Under the pieces are notes generated by a model that searched no databases, was not told where the DNA came from, and was given only the letters and a program-made list of their open reading frames with translations. Made by a program: the position numbers and the translations under genes. Shown in pieces: positions 63,743 to 64,000 of a stretch of 64,000 nt of DNA; the first letter of the stretch is position 1; each line of letters begins with the position of its first letter. Source of the DNA: Haliotis rubra (taxonomy: Eukaryota). The DNA lies in assembly GCF_003918875.1 (NCBI RefSeq), contig NW_025767508.1:1-64000 (forward strand), written 5' to 3'.

Positions 63743-64000
63743 GTTAAGTTCAATGTACCACAACCACAAACCAACATCTAGGCTCTGAAATGAACATATT
63801 TTACAGAAAGAAGGGTTAAAAATAATAATCATAAAAAATAATGAAAATGAGATCAGAAAGTTTCTCCATTTTAGGAAACTGTGGAAATCTAGACTTGCCA
63901 CATATTTCTAGACTTGTTTCGAGGTTATCTATCACCAGGGTCCCGATCCACAAAACGTTCGTAGCGTTACGACATTTGTAAGCCTATGGTTAACGACAGG

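Overview
Eukaryotic, intron-rich, AT-rich genomic DNA. The SINE families and gene content suggest a mollusc, probably a gastropod such as abalone (inference). (1) 429-11244 is an endogenous Polinton/Maverick (adintovirus-type) element with both ends intact: AGTAGT...ACTACT termini, TIRs and a 5-bp CGCTT target-site duplication. It carries frameshifted genes for integrase, endonuclease-VII-containing pPolB, major and minor capsid proteins, two fibre-like paralogues and two hydrophobic proteins. No packaging ATPase or protease was found. Its left end holds a 392-bp segment that the right TIR lacks. This segment encodes a ~295-nt candidate Pol III RNA (perfect A box, degenerate B box, 7-bp terminal stem, T4/T5 terminator) organised like adenovirus VA RNA, and it is the most interesting observation in the window. 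(2) 14503-24033 (+) is a 4-exon SAMD9-like antiviral gene (~2144 aa) with an unusual N-terminal ubiquitin-like domain ending in GG. (3) 31595-33946 (-) is a secreted precursor with a D/V/H-rich pro-region, a KFKR site and a Spaetzle/neurotrophin-like cystine knot. (4) 40100-52838 (-) is a VWA5A-like gene. (5) From 61769 (+) a cytosolic sulfotransferase gene runs off the window. The rest is Tc1/mariner elements, MITEs, SINEs, LINE and Penelope remnants and satellites. All calls are by eye; no database search or folding program was run.
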